A DNA stretch of 64,000 bases, taken from NCBI GenBank assembly GCA_015056545.1, contig SVGE01000002.1, positions 12,120 to 76,119 on the forward strand. The letters run 5' to 3'. Positions 50,728 to 61,005 of the stretch are shown here, piece after piece (the stretch's first letter is position 1; each line of letters opens with the position of its first letter). The stretch is from Clostridiales bacterium (GTDB lineage: Bacteria > Bacillota > Clostridia > TANB77 > SIG350). The notes under the pieces are model-generated. The model was not told where the DNA came from. It searched no databases and was given only the letters and a program-made list of their open reading frames with translations. The translations under genes and the position numbers were made by a program.

Positions 50728-51966
50728 ATGAAAGTTATAGTAATAGGAGGAGGTCCAGCTGGCTTAATGGCGGCAGGGACTGCTGGTAAAAATGGAAATG
50801 AGGTTATATTAATTGAAAAAATGCCTACTATAGGTAGAAAATTATTAATTACTGGTAAAGGAAGATGTAATATTACAAATAATTGTGATATATCTGAATT
50901 TGTTGAAAATATACCTGGTAATGGTAATTTTCTATATAGTGCTTTATATTCATATACAAATCAAGATGTAATAGATTTTTTTGAAAAATATGGTGTTAAA
51001 ACAAAAGTAGAAAGAGGGCAAAGAGTATTTCCTGTTAGTGATAAATCTAATGATGTTTTAACAGCTTTAAAAAAATATGTAAGTGATAATAATGTAAAAA
51101 TATATACAGATGAAAAAGTAAATGAAATACTTACTCAAGATAATAAAGTTGTAGGAATAAGAACAAGTAAAAGAAAACTATTTTGTGATAAATTAATAAT
51201 TGCAACAGGTGGAAAAAGTTATAAAATAACTGGTTCAACAGGTGATGGATATAAGCTTTTAGAAAATATTGGACATAGTATTGTAAGTCCAAAAGGAAGT
51301 TTAATACCACTTGAAACATATGAAATTTATGATATGCAGGGACTTAGTTTAAAAAATATAGGTATTAAAATATTAGATATAAAAAACAATAAAAAAATAT
51401 ATACAGACTTTGGAGAAATGTTATTTACACATTTTGGAGTATCTGGTCCAATAATTTTATCTTCTAGTGCGCATTTATTAAGATATAAAGATATTGAAAA
51501 TAAATTAAAAGAAAAAGAAATTAAGTTATATATAGATTTAAAGCCAGCTTTAGATAAAGAAAAGTTAACCAAAAGAATTGAAAGAGATTTTCTTGAGGTT
51601 AGAAATAAAATGTTTAAAAATAGTTTAGATGAATTATTACCTAAGAAAATGATACCAGTTATAATCGATTTATCTGAAATAAATCCAGAGAAAAAAGTAT
51701 GTGATATTTCTAAAAAAGAAATAGAAAAATTAGTTGAATTACTTAAAAACTTTGAATTAAGTATAAAGAAATTTAGACCAATTGATGAAGCTATAATAAC
51801 TGCTGGTGGTGTTAATATTAAAGAAATTAATCCAAGTACAATGGAATCTAAGATAATTAAAGATTTATATATAGCGGGAGAGCTTATAGATGTTGATGCA
51901 TATACAGGAGGATTTAATTTGCAAATAGCATTTTCAACAGGATATTTAGCAGGAATGTTAGAATAA
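50728..51966 (+). CDS. HI0933/BaiN-family FAD-dependent flavoprotein
   Basis: ATG 50728. The dinucleotide fold is VIVIGGGPAGLMAA and the family signature is TGKGRCNITN. Confidence 0.8.
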   Translation: MKVIVIGGGPAGLMAAGTAGKNGNEVILIEKMPTIGRKLLITGKGRCNITNNCDISEFVENIPGNGNFLYSALYSYTNQDVIDFFEKYGVKTKVERGQRVFPVSDKSNDVLTALKKYVSDNNVKIYTDEKVNEILTQDNKVVGIRTSKRKLFCDKLIIATGGKSYKITGSTGDGYKLLENIGHSIVSPKGSLIPLETYEIYDMQGLSLKNIGIKILDIKNNKKIYTDFGEMLFTHFGVSGPIILSSSAHLLRYKDIENKLKEKEIKLYIDLKPALDKEKLTKRIERDFLEVRNKMFKNSLDELLPKKMIPVIIDLSEINPEKKVCDISKKEIEKLVELLKNFELSIKKFRPIDEAIITAGGVNIKEINPSTMESKIIKDLYIAGELIDVDAYTGGFNLQIAFSTGYLAGMLE

Positions 51967-51986
51967 AATTTAGAAAGGAAAAAAAT

Positions 51987-52766
51987 ATGAAAGTATTAGT
52001 AATAGGAGATATTGTGGGAAGAATGGGAAGAGAAAAAGTAAAAGAATTACTTCCTAAAATTAAAAAAGAAAATAATATAGATTTAGTAATAGCAAATGTA
52101 GAAAATGCTTCAGGTGGAATGGGATTAACTATACACGGATATAATGATTTATATATGATTGGTATAGATGTAATGACAATGGGGAATCATACATGGGCTA
52201 AAAGAGAAATATTTACAATATTTGAAGAAAAAGATAATATAATTAGGCCAGCAAATTATTCAAATAATGTACCTGGTGTTGGATATTTAGTAACTAATGT
52301 AAAAGGAAAAAATGTTTTAGTTATTAATTTATTAGGTAGAGTAGATATTAATATTAATTCAGATTGTCCATTTACTACTGCTGAAAGGATTATTGAAAAA
52401 GTTAAATCTAAACAAAAAATAGATATTGTAATAATAGATTTTCATGCAGAAGCAACTGCTGAAAAAATAGCTATGGCATATTATTTAAAAGATAAAGCAA
52501 CAATTGTTTTTGGAACACATACACATGTTCAAACAAGTGATGAAAGAATATTTGATACTGGTATGGGGTATATAACTGATATTGGTATGACAGGACCGAT
52601 AGATTCTGTTTTAGGAATGAAAGTTGAAGTTGCATTAAAAAGATTTTTAACACAAATACCAGAAAGATATTCAGTAGCAGAAGGAAAAGCAAAATTTTCA
52701 GGTGCAATTTTTGACATAAATGATAATACTAACAAAGTTGTTGATATTAAAAGATTATATATGTAG
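51987..52766 (+). CDS. ymdB: YmdB-family metallophosphoesterase (2',3'-cyclic-nucleotide phosphodiesterase)
   Basis: MKVLVIGDIVGRMGR, ANVENASGG, GNHTW, DFHAEAT, GTHTHVQT. Confidence 0.85.
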   Translation: MKVLVIGDIVGRMGREKVKELLPKIKKENNIDLVIANVENASGGMGLTIHGYNDLYMIGIDVMTMGNHTWAKREIFTIFEEKDNIIRPANYSNNVPGVGYLVTNVKGKNVLVINLLGRVDININSDCPFTTAERIIEKVKSKQKIDIVIIDFHAEATAEKIAMAYYLKDKATIVFGTHTHVQTSDERIFDTGMGYITDIGMTGPIDSVLGMKVEVALKRFLTQIPERYSVAEGKAKFSGAIFDINDNTNKVVDIKRLYM

Positions 52767-52885
52767 AAATATGTAATTTTTTGCGATGAAAAGTTTAACA
52801 AATTCATAGAAAAGTATGGTAATTTATTCCAAACTGTATATAATATTAATGTGCTAAAAAATATATTATTATAGGAGGAGAATTT

Positions 52886-53146
52886 ATGGAAATGTTAAGA
52901 ATATCAACAAAATCAAACCCAAATTCAATTGCAGGAGCAATAGCTGGGTTAATTAAGGAAAAAGGTCGTGCAGAAATGCAAGCAATTGGTGCAGGTGCAT
53001 TAAATCAAGCAGTTAAAGCAGTGGCAATTGCAAGAGGATTTGTAGCACCAACTGGTGTAGATTTAGTTTGTGTACCAGCATTTGCAGAAGTTAAAGTAGA
53101 AGGTGAAGAAAGAACAGGTATAAAACTTGTTATTGAATCTAGATAA
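52886..53146 (+). CDS. spoVS: Stage V sporulation protein S
   Basis: The 86-aa protein is nearly collinear with B. subtilis SpoVS (SKSNPNS.AGA.AG...E.G.AE.QAIGAGALNQAVKAVAIARGFVAP.GVDL.C.PAF). Confidence 0.95.
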   Translation: MEMLRISTKSNPNSIAGAIAGLIKEKGRAEMQAIGAGALNQAVKAVAIARGFVAPTGVDLVCVPAFAEVKVEGEERTGIKLVIESR

Positions 53147-53320
53147 TTTAAAATACATATACATAGGGATATAAAAATATCCCTATGTATCATAATTCTA
53201 ATTTTAAAATTCTTTATATAATTCTATATAAAATTTCATTAAATATATTTTCAAATTACATAAAATATAATATAATACTTAAACAATAATTATGATTATT
53301 TTAATTTAAAAGGAGTTTGT

Positions 53321-54151
53321 ATGTTTTTAAATAAAGATTATACAAATGATGAAATAATTCATTTAAAAAAAGAAGATATTGAAGTATTACAGTTTAAAGC
53401 ATTATTAAAATATGAAGATGAGATAACGCATTTTTTTACATTAAGAAAAGGTGGATTTAGTAAAAATGAATTTGATTCATTAAATTTAGGATTATTTAAT
53501 AATGATAATATAAATGATGTAAAGAATAATTATATTAAACTTTCAAATTGTATGAATATTGAATATAACAATATATTTATTCCAAAACAAATACATAGTG
53601 ATAAAGTAATATTTGTTGATGAAACTAATACTCATACATTGATGAATCAAAAATATATTGAATGTGATGGAGGTATTACAAATATTTCTAATATTCCACT
53701 TGTAAGTATATGTGCAGATTGTATGACTGTTTTAATATATGATGTAAAAACAAAATATATTGCATCAGTACATTCTGGTTGGAAAGGGGTATTAAATCAA
53801 ATAATTGTTAAAACAGTTAATAAAATGATAGATGAGTATAATAGTAATGCTAAAGACATTATTATATGTATTGGACCATCTATTTGCAGAAATTGTTTTG
53901 AAGTTAAAAATGATGTAAAACAATTATTTGAAGAAAAGTTTGAATATACAGATATAATTAAACCAAAAGATGATATTAAATATTTAATAGATTTACCCAA
54001 AATAGTTTTAAATGATTTATTAAATTATGGTATAAGAAAAGAAAATATACATTTTGCCAATATATGTACAAAATGTAATACAAATGATTTTTATTCATAT
54101 AGAGAAAATACAGTTACAGGAAGAATGGGACATTTTATTATGAAAAAGTAA
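53321..54151 (+). CDS. pgeF: Peptidoglycan editing factor PgeF (YfiH/DUF152 laccase-domain family)
   Basis: QIHSDKV, ADCMTV and HSGWKG motifs. Confidence 0.8.
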   Translation: MFLNKDYTNDEIIHLKKEDIEVLQFKALLKYEDEITHFFTLRKGGFSKNEFDSLNLGLFNNDNINDVKNNYIKLSNCMNIEYNNIFIPKQIHSDKVIFVDETNTHTLMNQKYIECDGGITNISNIPLVSICADCMTVLIYDVKTKYIASVHSGWKGVLNQIIVKTVNKMIDEYNSNAKDIIICIGPSICRNCFEVKNDVKQLFEEKFEYTDIIKPKDDIKYLIDLPKIVLNDLLNYGIRKENIHFANICTKCNTNDFYSYRENTVTGRMGHFIMKK

Positions 54152-54170
54152 GTTTAAGGTAGGAAATATT

Positions 54171-55724
54171 ATGAGAATGAAAAAGAGTGTAAAAAGATTT
54201 TTTGTATTTATTATATTATTATTAATTTGTATGATTTTATATAGTATTAATAAGGAAAAAGGTTTGTTAAATAATTTAATATTAGAAGATGAAAATGTAG
54301 GACAAACTGAAAATGTAGAAAATTATGAAAAAATTATTAATATAAGTTTAGTAAATGTTGATACATTTAATCCAATATTAACTAAAAATACAGACGTTAT
54401 TAATTTTTTAAATCTTGTTTATGATAGTTTATTTTATTATGATAAAGAAATGAAGCTTAAATCTAATATTGTTGAAGAATATAACTATAATGCAAATACA
54501 TTATTTATAAGGATAAAAAAAGATATTTTATGGAGTGATGGTACAGAATTTACTACAAAAGATATTAATTTTACTATAGAAATGATTAAACAATATGGTG
54601 GGATTTATTTGTCATGTATAGATAATATTGAAACAATTGAAATTATTGATAATTGGAATATTAAATTTGTATTAAAAGAACCTAATAATTTAAAACATTA
54701 TAGTTTAATTTTTCCTATTATGTGTCAAAAATATTATGAAAATGAAGCTTTTGATGTATCTACAAGAAATAATATTCCAGTAGGTACAGGTATTTTTAGA
54801 TATGGCGAAAAAGTATCTGATACAGTTCATATATATAAATTAAATGCATTTAAAAATACTCAAAATATAAAGATAGAGCAAATAACTGTTAATATGTATT
54901 CTACTGTAGGAGAAGCATTTGCTAATTTAAAGAATAAGAAAACAGATATTGTAAATACTGGTTTAACAAATTATGAGGAGCATTTAGGAACAATAGGATA
55001 TGGTAAGTTAGAATATGCAAATAACACATTTTTGTGTTTAGGTATTAACAAAAACAATTCTTATTTAAGTAATGTAAATATTAGAAAATCAATTAATGAA
55101 GTTATAGATAAACAAGCTATATGGCAAAATGTATATAATTCAAAAGGAATAATATCACAAAGTAATATATATCCTAATAGTTATTATTATCAAAATGAAG
55201 AATATGTATATAACGTAGATAAAGCAAAACAAGATTTTGTTAATAGTAATATTAGTGATAATATTGTATTGAATTTAGTTATAAAAGAAAATAATGAAAA
55301 ACATACTAATATTTCTAATATGCTAAAAGAATATTTGAATAAATTAAATATAAAACTTAATGTAATATCAGTTAATAATACAGAATATGCTAAAAGGTTG
55401 CAAGAAAAAAATTATGATTTAGTATTAGTTAATTTTGATATGCCAAGAGTAATAGATTTTAATATGTATTATTCAGATAAATATAATGGTTTATTTAATT
55501 TAAATAATGAGCAAATAAGAACAAAAATATCAAATATAAATGATGAAAATTCGTTAAAAGAAGTAATGAATGAAATACAAAATATTATTTTAAATGATAT
55601 TCCGTTTATAGGTATAGGATTTGAAAAAGGAACTGTTTTAAGTAATAATAATTTAATAGGTTTAAGTAATGTTAATTATCTAAGTATTTATTATGATATA
55701 AATACAATGTATAAGAAAAGATAA
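54171..55724 (+). CDS. Extracellular solute-binding protein, family 5-like (peptide/nickel type), stand-alone
   Basis: There is an N-terminal anchor. The size (517 aa) and pattern (FNPIL...Y.SLF.YD; W.DG..FT..D..F) resemble SBP_bac_5. No adjacent permease or ATPase genes are present. Confidence 0.5.
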   Translation: MRMKKSVKRFFVFIILLLICMILYSINKEKGLLNNLILEDENVGQTENVENYEKIINISLVNVDTFNPILTKNTDVINFLNLVYDSLFYYDKEMKLKSNIVEEYNYNANTLFIRIKKDILWSDGTEFTTKDINFTIEMIKQYGGIYLSCIDNIETIEIIDNWNIKFVLKEPNNLKHYSLIFPIMCQKYYENEAFDVSTRNNIPVGTGIFRYGEKVSDTVHIYKLNAFKNTQNIKIEQITVNMYSTVGEAFANLKNKKTDIVNTGLTNYEEHLGTIGYGKLEYANNTFLCLGINKNNSYLSNVNIRKSINEVIDKQAIWQNVYNSKGIISQSNIYPNSYYYQNEEYVYNVDKAKQDFVNSNISDNIVLNLVIKENNEKHTNISNMLKEYLNKLNIKLNVISVNNTEYAKRLQEKNYDLVLVNFDMPRVIDFNMYYSDKYNGLFNLNNEQIRTKISNINDENSLKEVMNEIQNIILNDIPFIGIGFEKGTVLSNNNLIGLSNVNYLSIYYDINTMYKKR

Positions 55725-55752
55725 AAAATTTTTATAAAAATAAAAAAAACTA

Positions 55753-55781
55753 TTGACAAGTTCGCACATAAAATATATTAT
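55753..55781 (+). promoter_or_regulatory. recA promoter (TTGACA-17-TATTAT)
   Basis: ttgaca at 55753-55758 and tattat at 55776-55781. Confidence 0.65.
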
Positions 55782-55792
55782 ATAGACACAGA

Positions 55793-55806
55793 CGAACAAA
55801 TGTTTG
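55793..55806 (+). promoter_or_regulatory. LexA (Cheo/DinR) box
   Basis: cGAACaaatGTTTg fits the Gram-positive CGAAC-N4-GTTCG consensus with one deviation. It lies between the -10 box and the recA SD. Confidence 0.65.
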
Positions 55807-55830
55807 AATATATGAAAAGAGGTAAAAATT

Positions 55831-56877
55831 ATGAGTGAAAATATTGAAAGAAAAAAAGCGTTAGAAGCGGCTATGGGCCAAATTGAAAAACAATTTGGAA
55901 AAGGGTCAGTAATGAAATTAGGAGATGCAGCACATACAGAGGTAGAGGTTATACCAACTGGTGCATTAAGTTTAGATATAGCATTAGGTATTGGAGGACT
56001 TCCAAGAGGAAGAATTATAGAAGTATTTGGACCTGAATCATCTGGTAAGACAACAGTTGCATTACATGTTGTTGCAGAAGCACAAAAAATGGGTGGTGAA
56101 GCAGCATTTATAGATGCTGAGCATGCATTAGATCCAGTATATGCTAAAAAATTAGGTGTTGATATAGATAATTTAATAGTTGCTCAACCAGATACAGGAG
56201 AACAAGCGCTAGAGATAACAGAAGCATTAGTAAGAAGTGGTGCAATAGATATAATTGTTGTTGACTCTGTTGCAGCATTAGTACCAAAGGCAGAAATAGA
56301 TGGTGAAATGGGAGATTCTCATGTTGGTCTTCAAGCAAGACTTATGTCACAAGCATTAAGAAAATTAGCAGGTATTATTAATAAAACAAATACAGTTGCA
56401 ATATTTATAAACCAATTAAGAGAAAAAGTTGGAATTATGTTTGGAAACCCAGAAACTACACCAGGTGGTAGAGCGTTAAAATTCTATTCATCTGTTAGAT
56501 TAGATGTTAGAAAAAGTGAATTATTAAAACAAAGTACAGATGTTGTTGGAAATAGAGTAAGAGTAAAAGTTGTAAAAAATAAAGTTGCACCACCATTTAG
56601 AGAAGCTGAATTTGATATTGTCTATGGTGAAGGTATTTCAAGAGAAGGAAATATTTTAGATGTAGCAGTTAATTTAGATATAATAGATAAATCAGGTGCA
56701 TGGTTTGCATATAATTCACAAAAAATAGGTCAAGGTAGAGAAAATGCTAAAAACTTCTTAAAAGAAAATCCAGATATATGTGCAGAAGTTGAACAAAAAA
56801 TACGTAATAATTATAATCAAGCATTTGAAAATGCATTAGAAGAAAACATAGCACAAGTTGATGAGGATGAAGAATAA
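55831..56877 (+). CDS. recA: Recombinase A
   Basis: [23 protein letters not shown], Walker [10 protein letters not shown], and full-length collinearity with RecA. Confidence 0.98.
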   Translation: MSENIERKKALEAAMGQIEKQFGKGSVMKLGDAAHTEVEVIPTGALSLDIALGIGGLPRGRIIEVFGPESSGKTTVALHVVAEAQKMGGEAAFIDAEHALDPVYAKKLGVDIDNLIVAQPDTGEQALEITEALVRSGAIDIIVVDSVAALVPKAEIDGEMGDSHVGLQARLMSQALRKLAGIINKTNTVAIFINQLREKVGIMFGNPETTPGGRALKFYSSVRLDVRKSELLKQSTDVVGNRVRVKVVKNKVAPPFREAEFDIVYGEGISREGNILDVAVNLDIIDKSGAWFAYNSQKIGQGRENAKNFLKENPDICAEVEQKIRNNYNQAFENALEENIAQVDEDEE

Positions 56878-56893
56878 ATAAAATAAAACAAAA

Positions 56894-56929
56894 AAAGAAA
56901 ATATCAAGATTATTCTTGGTATTTTCTTT
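56894..56929. terminator. Bidirectional terminator after recA
   Basis: aaagaaaatatcaaga / tcttggtattttcttt forms a 16-bp stem with one G-U pair. Confidence 0.8.
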
Positions 56930-56937
56930 ATTTTGCT

Positions 56938-57426
56938 TTATATAGTAGGTGGAACTACATTAGGATTAACAGGACATTTAGAATTATTTATACTAATTAT
57001 TTTAATAATTGGTATAGTAAAACCATTTCTTTCAATAATATCTATAGTTCCTTCAATCTCAACCCATGAAGATACTTCAAATTTATCTATTCCAGAATAT
57101 TCACAAAGGATACCAACAACAACAGGGTCATTTTCACAGCAAACTATCATATTTCTAGCTAAAACAAATTGATTTTTATCTAATGTATTATCAATAAAAA
57201 TAAATCCATTTCCTTTTATTGGGTGATTTTTATATCTATCTGGATACATGTGTATTTCTTTTAAAACATTTGTATAATTATCTGTATTTAATTCAATTAA
57301 ATCAGGATTTGTAATGTTTTTAGAAACACCAAATACTGAATAAATTGAGAAACCAGTTATTATTAATGCAATAATTATACAAATAATAATTATTGTTTTT
57401 AAATTAATCTTTATATTTATAAACAT
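56938..57426 (-). CDS. N-anchored protein with a DUF1980/TIGR03943-like C-terminal domain
   Basis: There is a single N-terminal TM. The FVLARNMIVCCENDPVVVGILCEY motif resembles the F.L.R..I.CC.AD...G signature of that family. Confidence 0.4.
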   Translation of the reverse strand: MFINIKINLKTIIIICIIIALIITGFSIYSVFGVSKNITNPDLIELNTDNYTNVLKEIHMYPDRYKNHPIKGNGFIFIDNTLDKNQFVLARNMIVCCENDPVVVGILCEYSGIDKFEVSSWVEIEGTIDIIERNGFTIPIIKIISINNSKCPVNPNVVPPTI

Positions 57427-57542
57427 ATAATATCAGTCCTTCCATAATATCTTTACTAAAAATATATGTACTAACTTAAATATTATGACTTTATTGACAT
57501 TTTAAAATATATTGATTACAATAAAAATGAGAGGTGAAAGAT

Positions 57543-58118
57543 ATGAAGAAAGTATCAAATTTAATGATGTTTGTATTAGGATTAGCACAAATTGTTTTAG
57601 GAGTATGTATAGCATTTGCAAGTGAAAGCATTATTGAAACAATATTTAAAATAGTTGGAGGAGCATTCTTAGCTGTAGGAGTAATACAATTAATAGTTAC
57701 TTTGTTAAAAAAAGAAATAAAAAATTATGCTGAAATTAATATTGTATCATCAGCATTAAATATAGTTATTGGAATAATATTAATTACTACTTCTAAATTA
57801 GTTTTAGGTATAATTACTGTTATTATTGGTATTTGGGTAATGATAAATGGTGTTCTTCAAATATCTTCAGCAGTATCTATTAAAAGATTAGGATTAAAGT
57901 ATTGGCCAATAGTTCTTATTCTTGGTATAGCTGTAACAATACTTGGTTATTTACTAGTAACAGCTAGTGAGCAAACAATTGCTTCAATAGTAAATGTATA
58001 TATAGGAGTAGGACTTACATTAAATGGTATAGGAACAATATTAACAGCTTTTTTTACAAGAAAAGAAATTGATGTAAAAGTTGAGATAAATGAAGAAACA
58101 TACAAAATAGAAGAATAA
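57543..58118 (+). CDS. HdeD/DUF308-like multi-pass membrane protein
   Basis: ATG 57543 follows SD gagagg and the promoter TTGACA-17-TACAAT at 57494-57522. It has six TMs with repeated G-(I/V)-x-x-(I/L)-x-x-G spacing. Confidence 0.45.
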   Translation: MKKVSNLMMFVLGLAQIVLGVCIAFASESIIETIFKIVGGAFLAVGVIQLIVTLLKKEIKNYAEINIVSSALNIVIGIILITTSKLVLGIITVIIGIWVMINGVLQISSAVSIKRLGLKYWPIVLILGIAVTILGYLLVTASEQTIASIVNVYIGVGLTLNGIGTILTAFFTRKEIDVKVEINEETYKIEE

Positions 58119-58209
58119 TTTATTGATATAGTTAACATAATATGATATAATATTTATGGTAAAAAATATTATTTATATTTACTAATAATTTTTATTAGGA
58201 GGAAAAGTG

Positions 58210-58617
58210 ATGTTAACAAAATATCAGAAATCAAATTTCAGAAAAAATAAGGAAGTATACAAAATATTTAAAGTTGTAGTTTGGGAAAGACGGAAAAATC
58301 GGGTAAGTGATAATTTTATTATAGAGTTCTTTAATATGATTAACAGGAAGAAAATCAATATAATTTCACAAATATCTGATGAGTTCGTAAATAATCTCCC
58401 GTATCTTTATGTGAAAAGAATAATAACTGAAATTTTAGTTATGGAAGAATATGAAATAAACAGACTGTTTGTAAGTAAAAATGGAATAAATTTGAATAGA
58501 GAGGTAAATAGTATAAAACAGTTTGTATATGATATAAGTAAGTACAACAAACATTTAATGAAATATCCTTATTCATTACTTGAATTGTATGCTAAACATG
58601 TAGGAATAAAATTTTAA
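58210..58617 (+). CDS. Hypothetical protein (135 aa)
   Basis: SD aggagg. A terminator lies at about 58623-58665. No motif was recognised. Confidence 0.4.
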   Translation: MLTKYQKSNFRKNKEVYKIFKVVVWERRKNRVSDNFIIEFFNMINRKKINIISQISDEFVNNLPYLYVKRIITEILVMEEYEINRLFVSKNGINLNREVNSIKQFVYDISKYNKHLMKYPYSLLELYAKHVGIKF

Positions 58618-58728
58618 AGAGTAAAGAGTTTAGAGTATCTAATTAGATATTTTAAACTCTTTTTAATTAAACTATTGCAAAGTTAAAATACATATGGTAA
58701 TATTAAAAACAGAAAAGAGGTGTAGAAA

Positions 58729-58797
58729 ATGTCAAATAAAACCAGCGTAAAGTGCCAGAAAGTGCTAAATACTAGGGGGGGGATGTTTATAGCATAA
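58729..58797 (+). CDS. Leader sORF copy 3, 22 codons (MSNKTSVKCQKVLNTRGGMFIA)
   Basis: SD aaagaggtg. The position is homologous to 22291. Confidence 0.35.
   Translation: MSNKTSVKCQKVLNTRGGMFIA
58775..58782 (+). repeat. Homopolymeric G8 tract
   Basis: Counted directly: 6 G at 58775-58780 plus 2 G at 58781-58782. Confidence 0.95.
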
Positions 58798-58828
58798 AAA
58801 CATCTTTAATTGACATGCCAAAAAATAC

Positions 58829-58880
58829 AAAGAACTTAAGAATATATTACGAAAAAACGTAATGTAGTCTTAGGTTCTTT
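58829..58880 (+). terminator. Leader hairpin/terminator copy 3
   Basis: aaagaacttaagaatatattacg / cgtaatgtagtcttaggttcttt followed by a T-run. Confidence 0.6.
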
Positions 58881-58983
58881 TAATTTGCCAAAATTAAAAA
58901 AATATATTTTGGAAATAATAAAATAAAGAGCCGAGGGAAGGAGGTAATAACAAAAGAAAAATAAAAAAACTACAACAAAACAG

Positions 58984-59021
58984 TTGAAGTAAAACTAAAA
59001 GTGTTGTACAATGGTATTGTA
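58984..59021 (+). promoter_or_regulatory. P2 promoter copy 3 (TTGAAG-17-TACAAT) with the overlapping inverted repeat tacaat-ggt-attgta
   Basis: ttgaag at 58984-58989 and tacaat at 59007-59012. The inverted-repeat partner is at 59016-59021. Confidence 0.55.
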
Positions 59022-59057
59022 TAAAAACAAATTTAAAATACGAAGGGAGAAAAGATT

Positions 59058-60350
59058 ATGAAAAAATCAAGTAAAAGAGATGGAATCAGCTTAGTAGCAC
59101 TAATTGTAACAATAATTGTACTAATAATATTAACTGCTGCAGTTATAGTTACATTTATGGAAGGTGGAATAATAGAAAAGGCGAAAGAAGCGGTATTTAA
59201 AAGTGATATAAGAACATATCAAGAAATATTAGCGGTAAAAAATGCAGAGAATATGATTAATTTAGCAACCGGAAATGGAGAAGATACTCCGCTTAATGCG
59301 ACAGAATTAGAAGATATACAAGAAATGATACCAGAATTTAAAGAAGAATATGATGGGTTAATAGTAATAAGTAATGGAGAGATAGTATTAGGAACAGAAA
59401 GTAAAGAGCCATATAGTGGATGGTTAGCAGATTTAGGGATAGGAGTAGCACCATTACCAGAAAATGCGATAGCAAATAAAGTAGAAGTAGGAGACTATGT
59501 GGCATATACTCCAGGAGAAGAAGAAAGAAGTTACGAATTATTAGGAACAGATAGTGGTTATTTTACACCAGAAGATTCATACGAGGGATCGGATCCATCC
59601 TATTATCCAAATAGCTTGTTAGACCAAACAATAGAAAGAAAGCATGATATAAATTGGAGAGTATTAAAAATAGATGGTAATAAAGTAACATTAATAAGTG
59701 AAACACCAATAGATGATATAGGTTTTGGAGGAAACTTAGCATATTTAAATGGTCCACAACAATTAGATAATATATACTCAAGTTTATATAGTAAAACAGG
59801 TGTAGGTACAGCAAGAAATATAGATGTAGAAGATGTAAATGAAATAATGGGAGTAGTAATAGGTGAAGATGTAAAATCTGTATACCAAGATGGAGATGGT
59901 ACTGAAACAGAAGTTGATGTAGGCACTAAACTAGGAGAAGTATATGATGCATATGGCTGGCTTGATATGACTAGCTTTTGCAATGTTGAAGATTTGGAAT
60001 ATGATAATACTTTTGGATATTATTATGGTGATTATGAAATTTCATATTATACATATAATGGAAGTACATATGAAGAAGGTAAAGAAACAGAATATGATTT
60101 ATTGTTTAATGGAGAATATTGGCTTGCTTCACAAACAGCTTATTTAATGCTTTGTGGTGATTCACCATTTTATATGCGTAAGATTAAAGGAGATGTAATT
60201 TCAGCTGAATATTTTTGGAATACATGTAATACTTGGAGAAGCTTAAGCCTTCCAGGTCGTCCTATAGTTGAATTAAATGCTAATGTAGAAATATCTGAAA
60301 GTAATACAGGAGATGGAACTAGTGCAGCTTCAGCATGGCAATTAAAATAA
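59058..60350 (+). CDS. Prepilin-like N-terminus (G/ISLVA) fused to a C-terminal surface domain (paralog of 42713)
   Basis: SD gaaggga. MKKSSKRDG/ISLVALIVTIIVLIILTAAVIV. It carries EPYSGWLADLGI, DINWRVLKIDGNKVTLI, EDVNE, EYWLAS and the tail GDGTSAASAWQLK. Confidence 0.6.
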   Translation: MKKSSKRDGISLVALIVTIIVLIILTAAVIVTFMEGGIIEKAKEAVFKSDIRTYQEILAVKNAENMINLATGNGEDTPLNATELEDIQEMIPEFKEEYDGLIVISNGEIVLGTESKEPYSGWLADLGIGVAPLPENAIANKVEVGDYVAYTPGEEERSYELLGTDSGYFTPEDSYEGSDPSYYPNSLLDQTIERKHDINWRVLKIDGNKVTLISETPIDDIGFGGNLAYLNGPQQLDNIYSSLYSKTGVGTARNIDVEDVNEIMGVVIGEDVKSVYQDGDGTETEVDVGTKLGEVYDAYGWLDMTSFCNVEDLEYDNTFGYYYGDYEISYYTYNGSTYEEGKETEYDLLFNGEYWLASQTAYLMLCGDSPFYMRKIKGDVISAEYFWNTCNTWRSLSLPGRPIVELNANVEISESNTGDGTSAASAWQLK

Positions 60351-60362
60351 TATAAATATTTG

Positions 60363-60394
60363 GTCTAAAACATATTTGTTTTAGACTTTTTTTT
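60363..60394 (+). terminator. Rho-independent terminator
   Basis: gtctaaaaca / tgttttagac followed by T8. Confidence 0.85.
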
Positions 60395-60451
60395 ATTGTA
60401 AAAATTATTCAATTTTGCCAGTAAAAAACTTTAATTTTTGTCGAAAAATTA

Positions 60452-60480
60452 TTGCAACTTTTTGCTTGTTTTGTTATACT
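60452..60480 (+). promoter_or_regulatory. Promoter of the hydrogenase operon (TTGCAA-17-TATACT)
   Basis: ttgcaa at 60452-60457 and tatact at 60475-60480. Confidence 0.55.
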
Positions 60481-60509
60481 ACACTTGGAGATTTTTTAAA
60501 GGAGGAAAT

Positions 60510-60995
60510 ATGATGTGTAATTGTGAATGTAATGACAAAAAACAAAAACTTTTAGAAATTATTGAAAAGTACAAAAATGACAAAAGTAATTTAATGCAAG
60601 TACTTCATGAAGCACAAGAAGTGTATGGTTATTTGCCACTTGAAGTACAAAAAGAAATATCTTTAGGAATGGGAATACCTATGGCTGAAATATATGGTGT
60701 TGTAACATTTTATTCAAGATTTTCATTAGAACCAAAAGGAAAATATAATATAGCTGTATGCTTAGGAACAGCTTGTTATGTAAAAGGTTCTGAAGCTATT
60801 ATTAATAAATTTAAAGAAAAATTAGGTATAGATGTAGGTCAGTGTACAAAAGATGGTAAATTCTCTTTAGAAGCTACTAGATGTATTGGTGCATGTGGTT
60901 TAGCTCCTGTATTTACTGTTAATGAAGAAGTTTATGGTAAGGCTACATTAGAAACTGTAGATAAAGTTTTAGAAGAATATATGAATAAAGAATAG
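60510..60995 (+). CDS. hydC: NuoE-like [2Fe-2S] subunit of the NAD(P)H-linked [FeFe] hydrogenase
   Basis: ATG 60510 follows SD aaggagg. The cluster Cys are in CLGTACYVKG and CIGACGLAP. Confidence 0.85.
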   Translation: MMCNCECNDKKQKLLEIIEKYKNDKSNLMQVLHEAQEVYGYLPLEVQKEISLGMGIPMAEIYGVVTFYSRFSLEPKGKYNIAVCLGTACYVKGSEAIINKFKEKLGIDVGQCTKDGKFSLEATRCIGACGLAPVFTVNEEVYGKATLETVDKVLEEYMNKE

Positions 60996-61005
60996 AGGTG
61001 AAATA

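Larger units (their letters stand above)
58675..59057 (+). repeat. Conserved leader module, copy 3 (long form with P2)
   Basis: P1 is TTGCAA-17-TAATAT at 58675-58703. The sORF, G8, long hairpin, ttgccaaaat/attttgg hairpin and P2 are all collinear with copy 1. Confidence 0.9.
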